In this document: positions 1 to 10,649 of the stretch, one piece after another
Position numbering within the stretch: position 1 is the first letter of the stretch
Layout of the letters: each line of letters opens with the position of its first letter
From: Candidatus Anoxychlamydiales bacterium
Lineage (GTDB): Bacteria > Chlamydiota > Chlamydiia > Chlamydiales > SM23-39
DNA length: 64,000 nucleotides
Reading direction: 5' to 3'
Assembly: GCA_011065125.1 (NCBI GenBank)
Contig: JAAKFI010000001.1
Location: 25,964 to 89,963, forward strand
Notes under the pieces: model-generated
What the model was told of the DNA's origin: nothing
Databases searched by the model: none
What the model saw: only the letters and a program-made list of their open reading frames with translations
Position numbers and translations under genes: made by a program

Positions 1-702
1 CATTGCATGTCTAATAACATTTTTATTGTAAGCTATTAATGCATGTCCTGATTTTATTACAATATGTTTATGCGAAGTAGACAAACAGGTTTCCTCAACT
101 GCTACTTTTCCATCATTTTCTTTGCCTATTAAAGGATTTATGCCACTATTTCCAGCTATTACCAATACATCTATTTCTTTTGGAAAAATCCCTAAATGAT
201 CAAAATTCTCATAGTTCATCAATTCTCTTCCAGCTTTTTTTCCAAAAAATAGTCTAGCTAATCTATATTTTTTTAATTGCCTAGCAATTATTGCTCCTTT
301 GTTTGGTGGAGCTAAAAGAACAGCTTTTCCTATTTTTGCTTGCATAGGGCAATTAGTTTTATTTACAGCGCTTCTTAAAACCAATCCTCCCATTGAATGG
401 GTAACAAATGAGATTTTAGAACTTGGGTTTTTTTTTGAAATTAAAATTAATTTTTCAACTAAATCATCAGCTAGATCCTCTATCTTTTTTTTTCTAGATG
501 GATAGCCATAATTTAAAACATCATACCCTTTTTTCCTAAAGGCTTTGGCTATTATGATCATATTTAATTTACTTCTATAAAAACCATGAATACAAACAAC
601 AGTTTCTTTTTTTATATTTATTGGATCTTGCATTTTATTTTTTGCATAAATATTTGAATTAAAAATAATTATTAACAAAACTAATGATATTATTCTAAAC
701 AT
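1..702 (-). CDS. Secreted alpha/beta hydrolase (lipase/esterase-like), runs off the window edge
   Basis: Not in the ORF track; translated by hand from ATG at 702: MFRIISLVLLIIIFNSNIYA (signal peptide)...VVCIHGF...FVTHSMGGLVLR (nucleophile elbow)...DGKVAVEET...GHALI; frame still open at base 1. Confidence 0.85.
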   Translation of the reverse strand, partial: MFRIISLVLLIIIFNSNIYAKNKMQDPINIKKETVVCIHGFYRSKLNMIIIAKAFRKKGYDVLNYGYPSRKKKIEDLADDLVEKLILISKKNPSSKISFVTHSMGGLVLRSAVNKTNCPMQAKIGKAVLLAPPNKGAIIARQLKKYRLARLFFGKKAGRELMNYENFDHLGIFPKEIDVLVIAGNSGINPLIGKENDGKVAVEETCLSTSHKHIVIKSGHALIAYNKNVIRHAM

Positions 703-820
703 TTTTTTTATTTATTTTTTTAACAATTATATAAAAAAACAGTAAAATTTCACACCATATTTTGACTAACATTTTCAATTATGATATTTTATAATATATT
801 TAATTAAAAAATTTAAACTT

Positions 821-3673
821 ATGAAAGACTTAAATCCAAAATATGATCCCAAATCAATAGAAGAAAAACTTTATAAATTCTGGGAAGATAATAATTTTTT
901 TAAAGCTAATGAAAATTCCACTAAAAAACCTTACACTATAGTAATCCCCCCTCCTAATGTTACCGGCAATCTGCATATGGGCCACGCCTTAGTAGATACC
1001 ATTCAAGATATTTTAATTAGATATAAAAGAATGCAGGGATACGAAGCTCTTTGGATACCAGGTACCGATCATGCAGGCATTGCAACGCAAAGCGTTGTAG
1101 AAAAACATTTAATTGCTAAATTCAAAAAAAGAAGAAAAGATTTTACAAGAGAAGAATTTTTAAAACACGTATGGCAATGGAAAGAAGAAAAAGAGAGTAA
1201 TATATTAAATCAACTAAGAAAACTTGGCTGCTCACTTGATTGGTCTAGGCAAAGATTTACAATGGATGAAAAAAGTAATTTTGCTGTTAGAAAAGTTTTT
1301 AAAAAAATGTTTGATGATGGACTTATTTACAGAGGTGATTATTTAGTAAATTGGGATCCAATAACTCAAACAGCGCTAGCTGACGATGAAGTAGAATATG
1401 AAGAAAAAGACTCTTTTCTTTGGCATTTTAAATATCCGATAAAAGATAGTAAAAAATTTATAACAATTGCAACTACAAGACCAGAGACAATGTTAGGAGA
1501 CACGGCTATTGCTGTATCTCCTAAAGATGAAAGATACCAAAAATACATTGGAAGATCTTGCATACTTCCAATTATTAATAGAGAAATTCCAATTATTGAA
1601 GATAGATATGTAGATCCATCCTTCGGATCAGGAGCTGTAAAAATAACACCTGCCCATGATTCCAATGATTATGAAATTGGTATAAGACATTCTCTTCCTA
1701 TGATAAATATCATGACTCCAGATGGCAGAATAAATGAAAATGGAAAAGAATTTTTTGGACTTTCCATGCAAAAAGCAAGAGATGCTGTAGTTGATAAAAT
1801 GAAACAGTTAAATCTACTTGAAAAAGTAGAGCCTTATAAATTAAGAGTAGGCATTTCCTATAGGTCCAAGGCTACAATACAGCCTTATTTATCAAAGCAG
1901 TGGTTTGTTAAAATGACTCCATTTAAAAACAAACTAATGTCTGCTGTTAAAGAAAATAGAGTTAAAATAATTCCCAAAAACTTTGAAGACACATATTTTC
2001 ATTGGATTAAAAATTTAAGAGACTGGTGTATATCAAGACAGCTTTGGTGGGGGCATAGAATACCTGTTTGGTATAATAAAGAAGATATGGATGTTATGCT
2101 CTGCTCTGATGATGAAACCCCTCCTAAAGAAGTTTTAGAAAATCCTGATAAATGGGTTCAAGATGAAGATGTATTAGACACTTGGTTTTCATCAGCTCTT
2201 TGGCCTTTTTCAACGCTTGGCTGGCCAGATAACACAAAAGAGCTTAAAAAGTTTTATCCTACATCTATTTTAGTAACAGGTCATGATATCTTATTTTTCT
2301 GGGTTGCTAGAATGATTTTAATGGGCGAATATGTAATGAATGATGTTCCATTTCATGAAACATTCATTCATGGGCTAATCTACGGTAAATCGTACTGGAG
2401 AGAAGAAAAAGATGGATCTATCACATATGTTAGTATAGAAGAAAAAAATAGATATGACCTTGGCGAAAAAGTTCCAAAAGACGTTTTTTCAAAATGGGAA
2501 AAAATGTCTAAATCAAAAGGAAATGTAATTGATCCAATAGAAATTATTAATGAATATGGCACAGATGCTATGAGAATAGCGCTTACATCCTCTTGCACAC
2601 ATGCAAGACAAATTGATTTAGATAGAAGAAAATTTGATGAATATAAAAACTTTTCTAATAAAATTTGGAATGCTTTTAGATTTATCTTTTTAAACCTATT
2701 TGAAAACAAAGATAAAAACTTAAGTGCTTTATCAATAAAAGATATAGAAGAAGGACTTAATTTAAAAAGTTTAACTTTAGATGATAAATGGATACTTTTT
2801 AAATTAAATGAAACAATCAATAATGAAATTAACTATTTAGAAAATAAATCTTTTGATAAAGCAGCAACTATTATTTATGACTTTTTCTGGAATGATTTTT
2901 GTGCATATTACATAGAGCTTGTAAAACCATATCTTTTTGGAAATCTAGGAGATGAAAAATTTAGAAAAAACAAACAAAAAGTACTACTTTATACCCTTTT
3001 ATCCTCTATTAGACTTATGCATCCAATAGCACCATTTATCACAGAAGAGATCTTTTCAAAAATAAAAGAATTATATCCCCTTTTAAAAATAGATGATAAA
3101 TTAGATCCATTTACACTTGATTTTATAGAAGCTATGAATAGAGATGCTTTGATTGTATCTACCTATCCAAAACCTTTGAAAAATAATATATTTGATAATG
3201 TAGATGATGATTTTAATTTTTTAAAAGATTGCATACACTCAATTAGAAATATTAGAGCTGAGATGCAAATAGCACCGCATATTAAAACTAAGCTTTATGT
3301 TTATACTACTAAAAATTCAAAAAATTTAAATCTTTTAAAAGAAAATGAAACTTTTTTATATACATTGGCAAAAGTAAAAGAAATTATTTACATTACAGAT
3401 GAAAAAGATATGACTTCTCTTAGATCTAATGCAATCTTAAAAGATCTAAAACTAATAATACCACTTCCAAAAGAACTAATAGAAAAAGAAAAAAATAGAT
3501 TAAATAAAGAAAAGATTAAATTAGAAAAACAAAATGAAGTTTTTTCAAGTAAAATAAACGATAATTCCTTTTTAGAAAAAGCACCTAAAGAAGTTGTAAG
3601 TAAGATGAAAATGAATTTTGAAGAGAATCAAAAAAAATTAAAAGAAATTGATATTAAAATGAGAACTTTTTAG
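821..3673 (+). CDS. valS: Valine--tRNA ligase
   Basis: PPPNVTGNLHMGH (HIGH-like), DWCISRQLWWGH, KMSKS, C-terminal coiled coil; chlamydia-type insertion (GKSYWR...SKWE) before KMSKS. Confidence 0.99.
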   Translation: MKDLNPKYDPKSIEEKLYKFWEDNNFFKANENSTKKPYTIVIPPPNVTGNLHMGHALVDTIQDILIRYKRMQGYEALWIPGTDHAGIATQSVVEKHLIAKFKKRRKDFTREEFLKHVWQWKEEKESNILNQLRKLGCSLDWSRQRFTMDEKSNFAVRKVFKKMFDDGLIYRGDYLVNWDPITQTALADDEVEYEEKDSFLWHFKYPIKDSKKFITIATTRPETMLGDTAIAVSPKDERYQKYIGRSCILPIINREIPIIEDRYVDPSFGSGAVKITPAHDSNDYEIGIRHSLPMINIMTPDGRINENGKEFFGLSMQKARDAVVDKMKQLNLLEKVEPYKLRVGISYRSKATIQPYLSKQWFVKMTPFKNKLMSAVKENRVKIIPKNFEDTYFHWIKNLRDWCISRQLWWGHRIPVWYNKEDMDVMLCSDDETPPKEVLENPDKWVQDEDVLDTWFSSALWPFSTLGWPDNTKELKKFYPTSILVTGHDILFFWVARMILMGEYVMNDVPFHETFIHGLIYGKSYWREEKDGSITYVSIEEKNRYDLGEKVPKDVFSKWEKMSKSKGNVIDPIEIINEYGTDAMRIALTSSCTHARQIDLDRRKFDEYKNFSNKIWNAFRFIFLNLFENKDKNLSALSIKDIEEGLNLKSLTLDDKWILFKLNETINNEINYLENKSFDKAATIIYDFFWNDFCAYYIELVKPYLFGNLGDEKFRKNKQKVLLYTLLSSIRLMHPIAPFITEEIFSKIKELYPLLKIDDKLDPFTLDFIEAMNRDALIVSTYPKPLKNNIFDNVDDDFNFLKDCIHSIRNIRAEMQIAPHIKTKLYVYTTKNSKNLNLLKENETFLYTLAKVKEIIYITDEKDMTSLRSNAILKDLKLIIPLPKELIEKEKNRLNKEKIKLEKQNEVFSSKINDNSFLEKAPKEVVSKMKMNFEENQKKLKEIDIKMRTF

Positions 3674-3687
3674 ATATTAAAAAAATA

Positions 3688-4347
3688 TTACTTTTTTACT
3701 GGAGATTTCAAATCTAAGATAATTTTTAAATATTTCTCATAATAAGGATGTTTTATTAATTCATCAAATAAATTAGCTTTATCATTTTTATCTGTTGAAG
3801 CATTATGTTTTTTCAAAAGTTTCTCAAATTGATATTTAGACAAGCCGGGATCTGAATCTGTCGTATCCTGCGTTGCAGGGTCAAACTGCAGTTCATCTTC
3901 TATTTCTATAGAAAAAGGAATTGGACTAGATGAACTTATTATACTTGATGCACAACTAGGCGTAGGACTAGGAGTTGTTGATTGCAATGTATCTTTTGGA
4001 GGGGTTATTGGATATTGTCTGCTTTCCCAAAATAATGCATTAGTTCTTTTTGAAGTATTAGTTCCTTTTGGAAATTCACCTTTGGTTTCTTTAAAAATTG
4101 TTGCTCTTATTCCTTCCATTTCAGGTTCTTCAATCAACCATGTTAAACCAAAATAATCTTTTAAGTATTTCAATGAATTATTGAAAACATTTTTTATATT
4201 TTCATTTGTTTCATCCAACCTACTTAAAAAGCCGTTAAAACACATATTAAAAGCATAAACTTTTCTTTCAAAAAAATTACGCTCCTTAACGGGAATAAAT
4301 TCTCGTTTTTTTAAAGTATCGTATTCTGTTGTCCATCTTTCTAACAT
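3688..4347 (-). CDS. Orphan hypothetical protein with Ser/Pro/Thr-rich central tract
   Basis: 219 aa ORF with its own AT-rich upstream region; no family recognised. Confidence 0.7.
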   Translation of the reverse strand: MLERWTTEYDTLKKREFIPVKERNFFERKVYAFNMCFNGFLSRLDETNENIKNVFNNSLKYLKDYFGLTWLIEEPEMEGIRATIFKETKGEFPKGTNTSKRTNALFWESRQYPITPPKDTLQSTTPSPTPSCASSIISSSSPIPFSIEIEDELQFDPATQDTTDSDPGLSKYQFEKLLKKHNASTDKNDKANLFDELIKHPYYEKYLKIILDLKSPVKK

Positions 4348-4404
4348 AAATTATTGCTCTTATTTGTTATAATTGTATTAATAGTAATTTATCCTTATAA
4401 GTTA

Positions 4405-4413
4405 ATTATAACA
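4405..4413 (-). promoter_or_regulatory. Putative extended -10 element (TGTTATAAT) for the 3688-4347 gene
   Basis: TGnTATAAT ~58 nt upstream of the ATG; same TATGTTATAATT 12-mer precedes the 25161-26405 gene; chance match possible in AT-rich DNA. Confidence 0.35.
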
Positions 4414-4553
4414 TATTTGTAATTATAATTAAATAGTTTATAAAAATAATATTTTAATTAATGTTTTTTTAAATAGTTAATTATTAGATGTTTATGCAAA
4501 AAGTTGAGATAACTTATGAATAGGATACTTATAACACCTTGAAAATCAATTGT

Positions 4554-5924
4554 TTATTTTTGAAATAAGCTTTTATCTTTAGTATGTTTTAAAAGAAAAT
4601 AGCTTTTTGTCTCATCTAAAACTACTTTAGATAACAAAAAGATAGCTATAATATTAAAAATTGCCATAAGCCCATTGAATATATCAGCAAGTGGCCAAAC
4701 TACTTTAATGCTAAGCATAGCCCCTAAAAATGACACTAATACAAAAACAATTCTAAGCATGAAAAATTTTTGATTTTTAAAAACATATTCAAAGCATTTT
4801 TCTACGTAATAAGCGTAACCTAAAATAGTAGTAAATCCAAATAGTATAACACATATTCCGACTATATAATTTCCATAAATTATATGTTTTGAAAAAGCCT
4901 TCATTACAAGAGGAGCTCCGTTGATAAAATTCCCACTTAGATCTTTTATTCCAACTACATTTGTGCACATAAGTAAAAGTACTGTAATTGTACAAACTAC
5001 AAAAGTAGATAAAAAAACAGAAGATATAGAAATTAATGCTTGTTTAGCAGGTTCATTAGTTTTAGCAGCGCTAGATGCAATAGCTGCAGTTCCAAGGCCC
5101 GCTTCATTAGAAGCGATGCCTCTCGCCACCCCTATTTGAATAGCGCTCATAATACCCGCTCCAAATGAACCTACGGCCATTGCTTTAGTATTAAAGGCGC
5201 TTTTAAAAATTAAAAAAAAGGAAGGTATTATCATTTGATAGTTTATAGCAATTATGTAAATAGCACCTGATAAATATAAAATTGCCATAATTGGTACTAG
5301 ATAAGAATTTATTTTTCCTAAATTTTTAATACCTTTAATTATTGAAATAAATGCAAAAAAAGAAATTAGAAGACCTGTAATAACGTGAGGGATATTAAAC
5401 AATTCATGAACACTATCCGAAATAGTTTGGCTTTGTATTAGATTGCCTCCACAAAAAGATGCTAAAATTCCAAAAATAGCAAAGCCATAGGATAAGATAT
5501 TTGAGTTAAGGCCATGCTTTATGTAATACATTGGCCCACCCGCTATTTTATTATTTTTGATTTGCCTATATTTTACAGCTAGGATTGCTTCAGAGTATCT
5601 TGCAGCCATTAATATTAAAGATACTATCCACATCCAAAAAATAGAGCCATAGCCACCTGCTAAAATAGTAGTCGCCATACCAGCAATACTACCTATTCCA
5701 ATAGTTCCTGCAAGAGATGTCATTAAAGCTCCAAAATGAGATATTTCTCCTACTCCCTCGTCTTTATGTTTAGAAAAAGCAAGTTTTAAGGATAAAAAAA
5801 AGTATCTAAATTGAAGTCCCTTTAATTTTATTGTAAGATATAACCCTACAAATATTAGTGGATATATTAAAAAAATATTCCAGAGATAAAAATCTATTTT
5901 TTCTAAAAAATATACTATATTCAA
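4554..5924 (-). CDS. Alanine/glycine:cation symporter (AGCS family)
   Basis: ALMTSLAGTIGIGSIAG, GSIFWMW, GGPMYYI, SNEAGLGTA, ADIFNGLMA motifs; multiple TM helices. Confidence 0.93.
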   Translation of the reverse strand: MNIVYFLEKIDFYLWNIFLIYPLIFVGLYLTIKLKGLQFRYFFLSLKLAFSKHKDEGVGEISHFGALMTSLAGTIGIGSIAGMATTILAGGYGSIFWMWIVSLILMAARYSEAILAVKYRQIKNNKIAGGPMYYIKHGLNSNILSYGFAIFGILASFCGGNLIQSQTISDSVHELFNIPHVITGLLISFFAFISIIKGIKNLGKINSYLVPIMAILYLSGAIYIIAINYQMIIPSFFLIFKSAFNTKAMAVGSFGAGIMSAIQIGVARGIASNEAGLGTAAIASSAAKTNEPAKQALISISSVFLSTFVVCTITVLLLMCTNVVGIKDLSGNFINGAPLVMKAFSKHIIYGNYIVGICVILFGFTTILGYAYYVEKCFEYVFKNQKFFMLRIVFVLVSFLGAMLSIKVVWPLADIFNGLMAIFNIIAIFLLSKVVLDETKSYFLLKHTKDKSLFQK

Positions 5925-6826
5925 ATCAACCCTTCTTGAGTTAGGAACTCTTTTACAAGATTATATATATATTTCTGTTTTTCATCTGCTAGATAATTTA
6001 AATATCTAATTTTTTCATTTGTTATTTTATTTTCTAAATTTTTAAATATTTTTTTTAATTTTGGAAATTTTTTATAAATATTATTATTTGCTAAAATAGC
6101 GCAGTTATATGAAGAAAATACTTTTTTATCATCTTCTAAAATTAAAAAATTAAAAGTTTTGATCTTTGAATCTGTTGAAAAACCATTTGTTACATCTATA
6201 ATATTGTTAGATAAAGTAAGATAAGTGAGCGACTGATCCATTAATTTATATGTACTATTAAAATTATAAGATTTTTTTAAGATATCAAACTCTTTTCTAA
6301 TTGAATATTCTGGAGTAAATGCAAACATTAGTTTTTTTTGATTTTTAAAAAGATCGCTTAGAGTTTTAATGTTATATTTTTTTGAAAGATTTTCATTTAT
6401 CAAAATAGAGTATGAATTTTCAAACCCAAGAGGAAATAAAAAAGAAATATTATATTTCTCTAAAAAAGTTTTATTTAAATAATCTATTGCTTTTACTTTA
6501 TCTTTGATTATATCTTCTTTTAAAATGGCAATAAGTGCAGTTCCCGTATATTCAGAATATAGATCAATTGCTTTTGACTTTAGAGCTTCAAAACATATAA
6601 AAGTGCCTTCTAAATTAAACTTTCTTTTTACTTTTATATCTGAGGTGTTTTGGATATATTGAACTAAAATTTCAGATACTATTTGAGATTCTGTGCAATT
6701 TTTAGATCCAATAATTAAATAATCTTTTCTACCTAAAACTTGAAAAGTATTAATTGTTATAAACAAAAGAAGAATACTAAAAGAAAAAATTAGAAATAAA
6801 AAAAATCTTTTTTTTAAAAGTTGCAT
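5921..6826 (-). CDS. Glycine betaine/osmoprotectant ABC transporter substrate-binding protein (OpuCC/OsmX-like)
   Basis: IGSKNCTES, DLYSEYTGT, GFENSY, FSTDSKI, LEDDKKVF; N-terminal membrane anchor. Confidence 0.92.
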   Translation of the reverse strand: MQLLKKRFFLFLIFSFSILLLFITINTFQVLGRKDYLIIGSKNCTESQIVSEILVQYIQNTSDIKVKRKFNLEGTFICFEALKSKAIDLYSEYTGTALIAILKEDIIKDKVKAIDYLNKTFLEKYNISFLFPLGFENSYSILINENLSKKYNIKTLSDLFKNQKKLMFAFTPEYSIRKEFDILKKSYNFNSTYKLMDQSLTYLTLSNNIIDVTNGFSTDSKIKTFNFLILEDDKKVFSSYNCAILANNNIYKKFPKLKKIFKNLENKITNEKIRYLNYLADEKQKYIYNLVKEFLTQEGLI

Positions 6827-6828
6827 AA

Positions 6829-7488
6829 TTATAAATGATTTGGAGTTAAATATTTTGATAGTTTTATAAAGAAATGATCCATAGTAACTGCTAAAATAGC
6901 AGTTGGAATAGTACCTTTTAAAATTAGATCTATTTGCATAGATCTAAGACCTTGCATGATAAGATCCCCAAAGCCACCAGAGCCTACTAGTGATGTTAAA
7001 GTAGCAGAAGAGATTGTCCAAATTAAAGATATTCTAATTCCTGTAATTATGTAGGGAATAGATTTTGGAAGTTCTACATAAAAAAGAATTTGTTTGCTTG
7101 TCATGCCAAGAGCTTTAGCTACATCTTTTAAAATAGGATCTACATTTTTTATAGATTGCACTGTATTTGCTAAAATAGGAAGGATCGCATATGTAGATAA
7201 AACTAATATACCTGGAAAAAAACCAATAGTTGGCAGGTGTATAAAATTTCTAATAGAGACCATTATAACTATTAAAAGAGCAATTAATGCAAGCGATGGA
7301 ATCGTTTGTATTATAGAGCATATTTTTAAGATTAATGAAGATGTTTTTTGGAATCTAGATTTAGCAAGTATAATTCCAAGTGGAATAGATATCATCATAG
7401 CAATTAAAATAGAGTAAATACTAAGTTGTATATGCTCAAATAATTTTAATAAAATATAACTGGAAAAAAAACTTTTAAAAAAAATCAT
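6829..7488 (-). CDS. Osmoprotectant ABC transporter permease
   Basis: IQTIPSLAL, EAA-like loop DVAKALGMT, VELP, GSGGFGDLI. Confidence 0.93.
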   Translation of the reverse strand: MIFFKSFFSSYILLKLFEHIQLSIYSILIAMMISIPLGIILAKSRFQKTSSLILKICSIIQTIPSLALIALLIVIMVSIRNFIHLPTIGFFPGILVLSTYAILPILANTVQSIKNVDPILKDVAKALGMTSKQILFYVELPKSIPYIITGIRISLIWTISSATLTSLVGSGGFGDLIMQGLRSMQIDLILKGTIPTAILAVTMDHFFIKLSKYLTPNHL

Positions 7489-7502
7489 ATTTTATTTTTA
7501 TC

Positions 7503-8450
7503 CTATAAAATTTCAAATATTGAATTTAGTAGTTTATTTTTTTCAAGAGATCCTATTAGTTTATTATTATCATAAACAGGCAAGATATTTTTTTTACTTT
7601 TTTTAAATTTATCCAAAGCATCGATTATTGATGATTTTGAAACTAAATAATTTTTTTTATCTTCCGGGAAATTTTTATTTTGGGAAATTAAATTATCTAT
7701 AACATTTGTTTTTAAAGATAGTTGGAATTTATGTTCTTTAAAAAACTGTTTTACAAATTCATTTTTTGGATTTTCTATTAAATTATAAGGAGTGTCTATT
7801 TGTATAATTTCACCTTTATCCATTAATGCTATTTTATCCGCCATTTTAACAGCTTCAAAAACATCGTGAGTTACAAAAATTACTGTTTTTTTTATGTAAG
7901 ATTCAAGCTTTAAAAAATCATTTTGTATCTGCTCTCTAATTATTGGATCTAAAGCTCCAAAAGGTTCATCCATTAAAATAATATCAGGATCAGATGCAAT
8001 GGCTCTAGCCACTCCTATTCTTTGTTTTTCACCACCTGATAGTTCTTTTGGGTATCTTTTATGATATTTTATTGGATCAAATCCCATTAAATCTAAAAGA
8101 TAAAAAACTCTTTTTTTTATTTTATCTTCCTTCCATTTAAGGAGGTTTAAAACAATTGCTATATTTTCATAAACGCTCATGTAATTAAAAAGACCGATAG
8201 ATTGGATGGCATATCCAATATTTCTTCTTAAATTAATAGGATTAAAATTTTTAATATTTTCATTGTTTATTAAGATATTGCCGCTTGTTGGATCTATTAA
8301 TCTATTTATCATCCTCATTGTAGTAGTTTTACCACAGCCACTAGTGCCAAGAAGAACTAAAGTCTCACCTTTTTTAACTTCAAATGAGACATCCTTTACG
8401 GATACAATATTTTTTTTAAAGATCTTAGTTACTTTTTCAAATTTGATCAA
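7503..8450 (-). CDS. Osmoprotectant ABC transporter ATP-binding protein (OpuCA/OsmV-like) with C-terminal CBS-like region
   Basis: Walker A GTSGCGKTT, LSGGEKQR, LMDEPFGALDP, VTHD. Confidence 0.94.
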   Translation of the reverse strand: MIKFEKVTKIFKKNIVSVKDVSFEVKKGETLVLLGTSGCGKTTTMRMINRLIDPTSGNILINNENIKNFNPINLRRNIGYAIQSIGLFNYMSVYENIAIVLNLLKWKEDKIKKRVFYLLDLMGFDPIKYHKRYPKELSGGEKQRIGVARAIASDPDIILMDEPFGALDPIIREQIQNDFLKLESYIKKTVIFVTHDVFEAVKMADKIALMDKGEIIQIDTPYNLIENPKNEFVKQFFKEHKFQLSLKTNVIDNLISQNKNFPEDKKNYLVSKSSIIDALDKFKKSKKNILPVYDNNKLIGSLEKNKLLNSIFEIL

Positions 8451-8520
8451 AATAAATTACTCTTTAATTTAGATAGAAACAATGTTAAATTACTTATAAA
8501 AAAAGTCAAGTTTTAGCCTT

Positions 8521-9510
8521 ATGTTTATAGAAAAGCTTTTAACTATAAGTAATATTAAAAAAAAATATTTATTAAGTGACTTTGATAAAAAGTTTATTGA
8601 AAGAGCAAGAAAAAAAGCTAAAAATATTTTTTTAAAAAAAAATAAAAAAATAGCAATTATTGTAGGACCATGTTCTATTCATAATTTTAATGAAGCTATC
8701 CTTTATGCAAAAAAACTAAAAGAACTCCAAGATGAAGTGGGTGATAAGTTTTTTTTAGTTATGAGGGTATACTTTGAAAAAGCTAGATCAAAAAATTCAT
8801 GGAAAGGATTTGTAAATGATCCATTTTTAGATGGATCTAATGACATTAAAAAAGGAATTGAATTAACTAGAAAACTATTAATTGAAATTACTAAATTGAA
8901 TATTCCAATAGCTTGTGAAATATTAGATATAAATATATTTAATTATTTTGATGATTTAATAACTTGGGGATTTATTGGAGCTAGAACTGTAGAGTCTCAA
9001 AGTCATAGACAATTAGCTTCATCCATGCCTTTTGTTGTTGGATTTAAAAATCCAACTAGTGGAGATATTTCAAAAGCTAAAAATGCTGTTGATATTTCAA
9101 AAAATCAAAATACATTTATCAAAACAGATGAAAACTCAAAACTTTCAATTTTTAAATCCCAAGGTAATTTATATTCTCATATAGTTTTAAGAGGAAGTGA
9201 CAGAGAAAGTAATTATAAAATGTTAGAAAATATTGAAAATTATAAAGTAATGGTCGATGCATCTCATGGAAACTCTAATAAAGACTATAAAAAACAAATA
9301 GATGTTTTTAATTATGTGATTTCTAAAACCAATAATCAAAATTTAATAGGAATAATGCTAGAGAGTAATCTAGAAGAAAGAAATCAAAAATTAGATTTTT
9401 TGAATTTAAGATTTGGGATATCTGTTACAGATGAATGTTTAAGTTTTTTAGAAACAAAAAAAATAATCTTATCTTCTTATAAAAAATCATCTAATAACAC
9501 TTACATCTAA
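8521..9510 (+). CDS. 3-deoxy-7-phosphoheptulonate (DAHP) synthase, class I-alpha (AroF/G/H type)
   Basis: GPCSIH, MRVYFEK, WKG, IGARTVESQSHR, GFKN, DASHGNS, SVTDECL. Confidence 0.92.
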   Translation: MFIEKLLTISNIKKKYLLSDFDKKFIERARKKAKNIFLKKNKKIAIIVGPCSIHNFNEAILYAKKLKELQDEVGDKFFLVMRVYFEKARSKNSWKGFVNDPFLDGSNDIKKGIELTRKLLIEITKLNIPIACEILDINIFNYFDDLITWGFIGARTVESQSHRQLASSMPFVVGFKNPTSGDISKAKNAVDISKNQNTFIKTDENSKLSIFKSQGNLYSHIVLRGSDRESNYKMLENIENYKVMVDASHGNSNKDYKKQIDVFNYVISKTNNQNLIGIMLESNLEERNQKLDFLNLRFGISVTDECLSFLETKKIILSSYKKSSNNTYI

Positions 9511-9957
9511 ATCTATTTCTTTAATATCTTTATGTTCGTTGATATCGATGAGTGGTTTGTAAAATTGATGCTTCCACTCTTCAACTAATTCTTTATCTTC
9601 ATTTATTACTTCAACTTTATAAGTTAAGATCTTTGTTTCTTTTCCATCAATGGTATTAAACTTAAAAATTTGATATCCTCTTTTTCTATCAATTTTTTTT
9701 ACAAAAACATTTTGTTTGTTATCCCAAAATCTAACTGTTACAATCATTGTTAAATTTTCTCTAAACATACTAAGAGGAAAATCCCAACTAACAGATAATT
9801 TTTGTCCACTTGGAGGATTTAATAAATTAGGATCCGGTGTATTTACATGATAGGATGCTAAATCTGCTATATCCATTTTTTCATGTTGAACATATAAATG
9901 ATCTTTATAACATGAGCTTAAAACAAAAAAAGCTATAATTAAGATGTACTTTTTCAC
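9487..9957 (-). CDS. Conserved chlamydial lipoprotein (CT303-like)
   Basis: Lipobox-like VLSSC; LASYHVNTPDP; position between valS and the V-ATPase operon as recalled for Chlamydia. Confidence 0.65.
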   Translation of the reverse strand: MKKYILIIAFFVLSSCYKDHLYVQHEKMDIADLASYHVNTPDPNLLNPPSGQKLSVSWDFPLSMFRENLTMIVTVRFWDNKQNVFVKKIDRKRGYQIFKFNTIDGKETKILTYKVEVINEDKELVEEWKHQFYKPLIDINEHKDIKEIDLDVSVIR

Positions 9958-10010
9958 AAATATATTTTAATCTTTTATTAAAATACTATCACTATTAGTT
10001 TTTTAGTTCT

Positions 10011-10517
10011 ATGGATATCAAAGATCAAAGTGTAATATCTGTTTGTTTTTCAGATGATAGAAAACAAGTTTTATTAATAAAAAGAAGAGATGTCCCTGTT
10101 TGGGTACTGCCAGGTGGTGCTATAGAAGAAAATGAATCTTTTGAAGAAGCATGCGAAAGAGAAACTTTTGAAGAGACCGGGTATCAAGTTAAAATTTTAA
10201 AAAAAGTAGCTGAATATACTCCTATTAATAAGCTTTCAAAATATACTCATTTTTATGAGTGTCAAATAATTTCTGGAAAAGCAAAAATTACAGATGAATC
10301 AAAAGATATTAAATTTTTTAATATAGATAACCTTCCTAAAAGACTCCCTCCCCCATATCCTTATTGGATTGAAGATGCTTTTTTAAATAAAAAATTTATT
10401 ATTAAAAAAAAGATTTTCTCTGTAAATTACAGATCTTTAATTTTAAATCTTCTAAAGCATCCAATTTTAGTAATTAGATTTTTACTTACTAAAATAGGGC
10501 TTACTATCAATACATAA
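10011..10517 (+). CDS. NUDIX hydrolase
   Basis: Nudix box GGAIEENESFEEACERETFEETGY. Confidence 0.93.
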   Translation: MDIKDQSVISVCFSDDRKQVLLIKRRDVPVWVLPGGAIEENESFEEACERETFEETGYQVKILKKVAEYTPINKLSKYTHFYECQIISGKAKITDESKDIKFFNIDNLPKRLPPPYPYWIEDAFLNKKFIIKKKIFSVNYRSLILNLLKHPILVIRFLLTKIGLTINT

Positions 10518-10649
10518 TTTAATAAATAATTAAATTATTTAAATTGTTAATTAATTCCTTATTATTGAATCTTTTTCATAAATTATATATAATTATATAA
10601 TACTTAGTTAATTATTAATAATAGATAATGCAAATATAAGGTAGTAATT

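Noticed and set aside
299..505. Plus-strand 68 aa ORF
   Set aside because: Antisense shadow of the minus-strand alpha/beta hydrolase (1-702)
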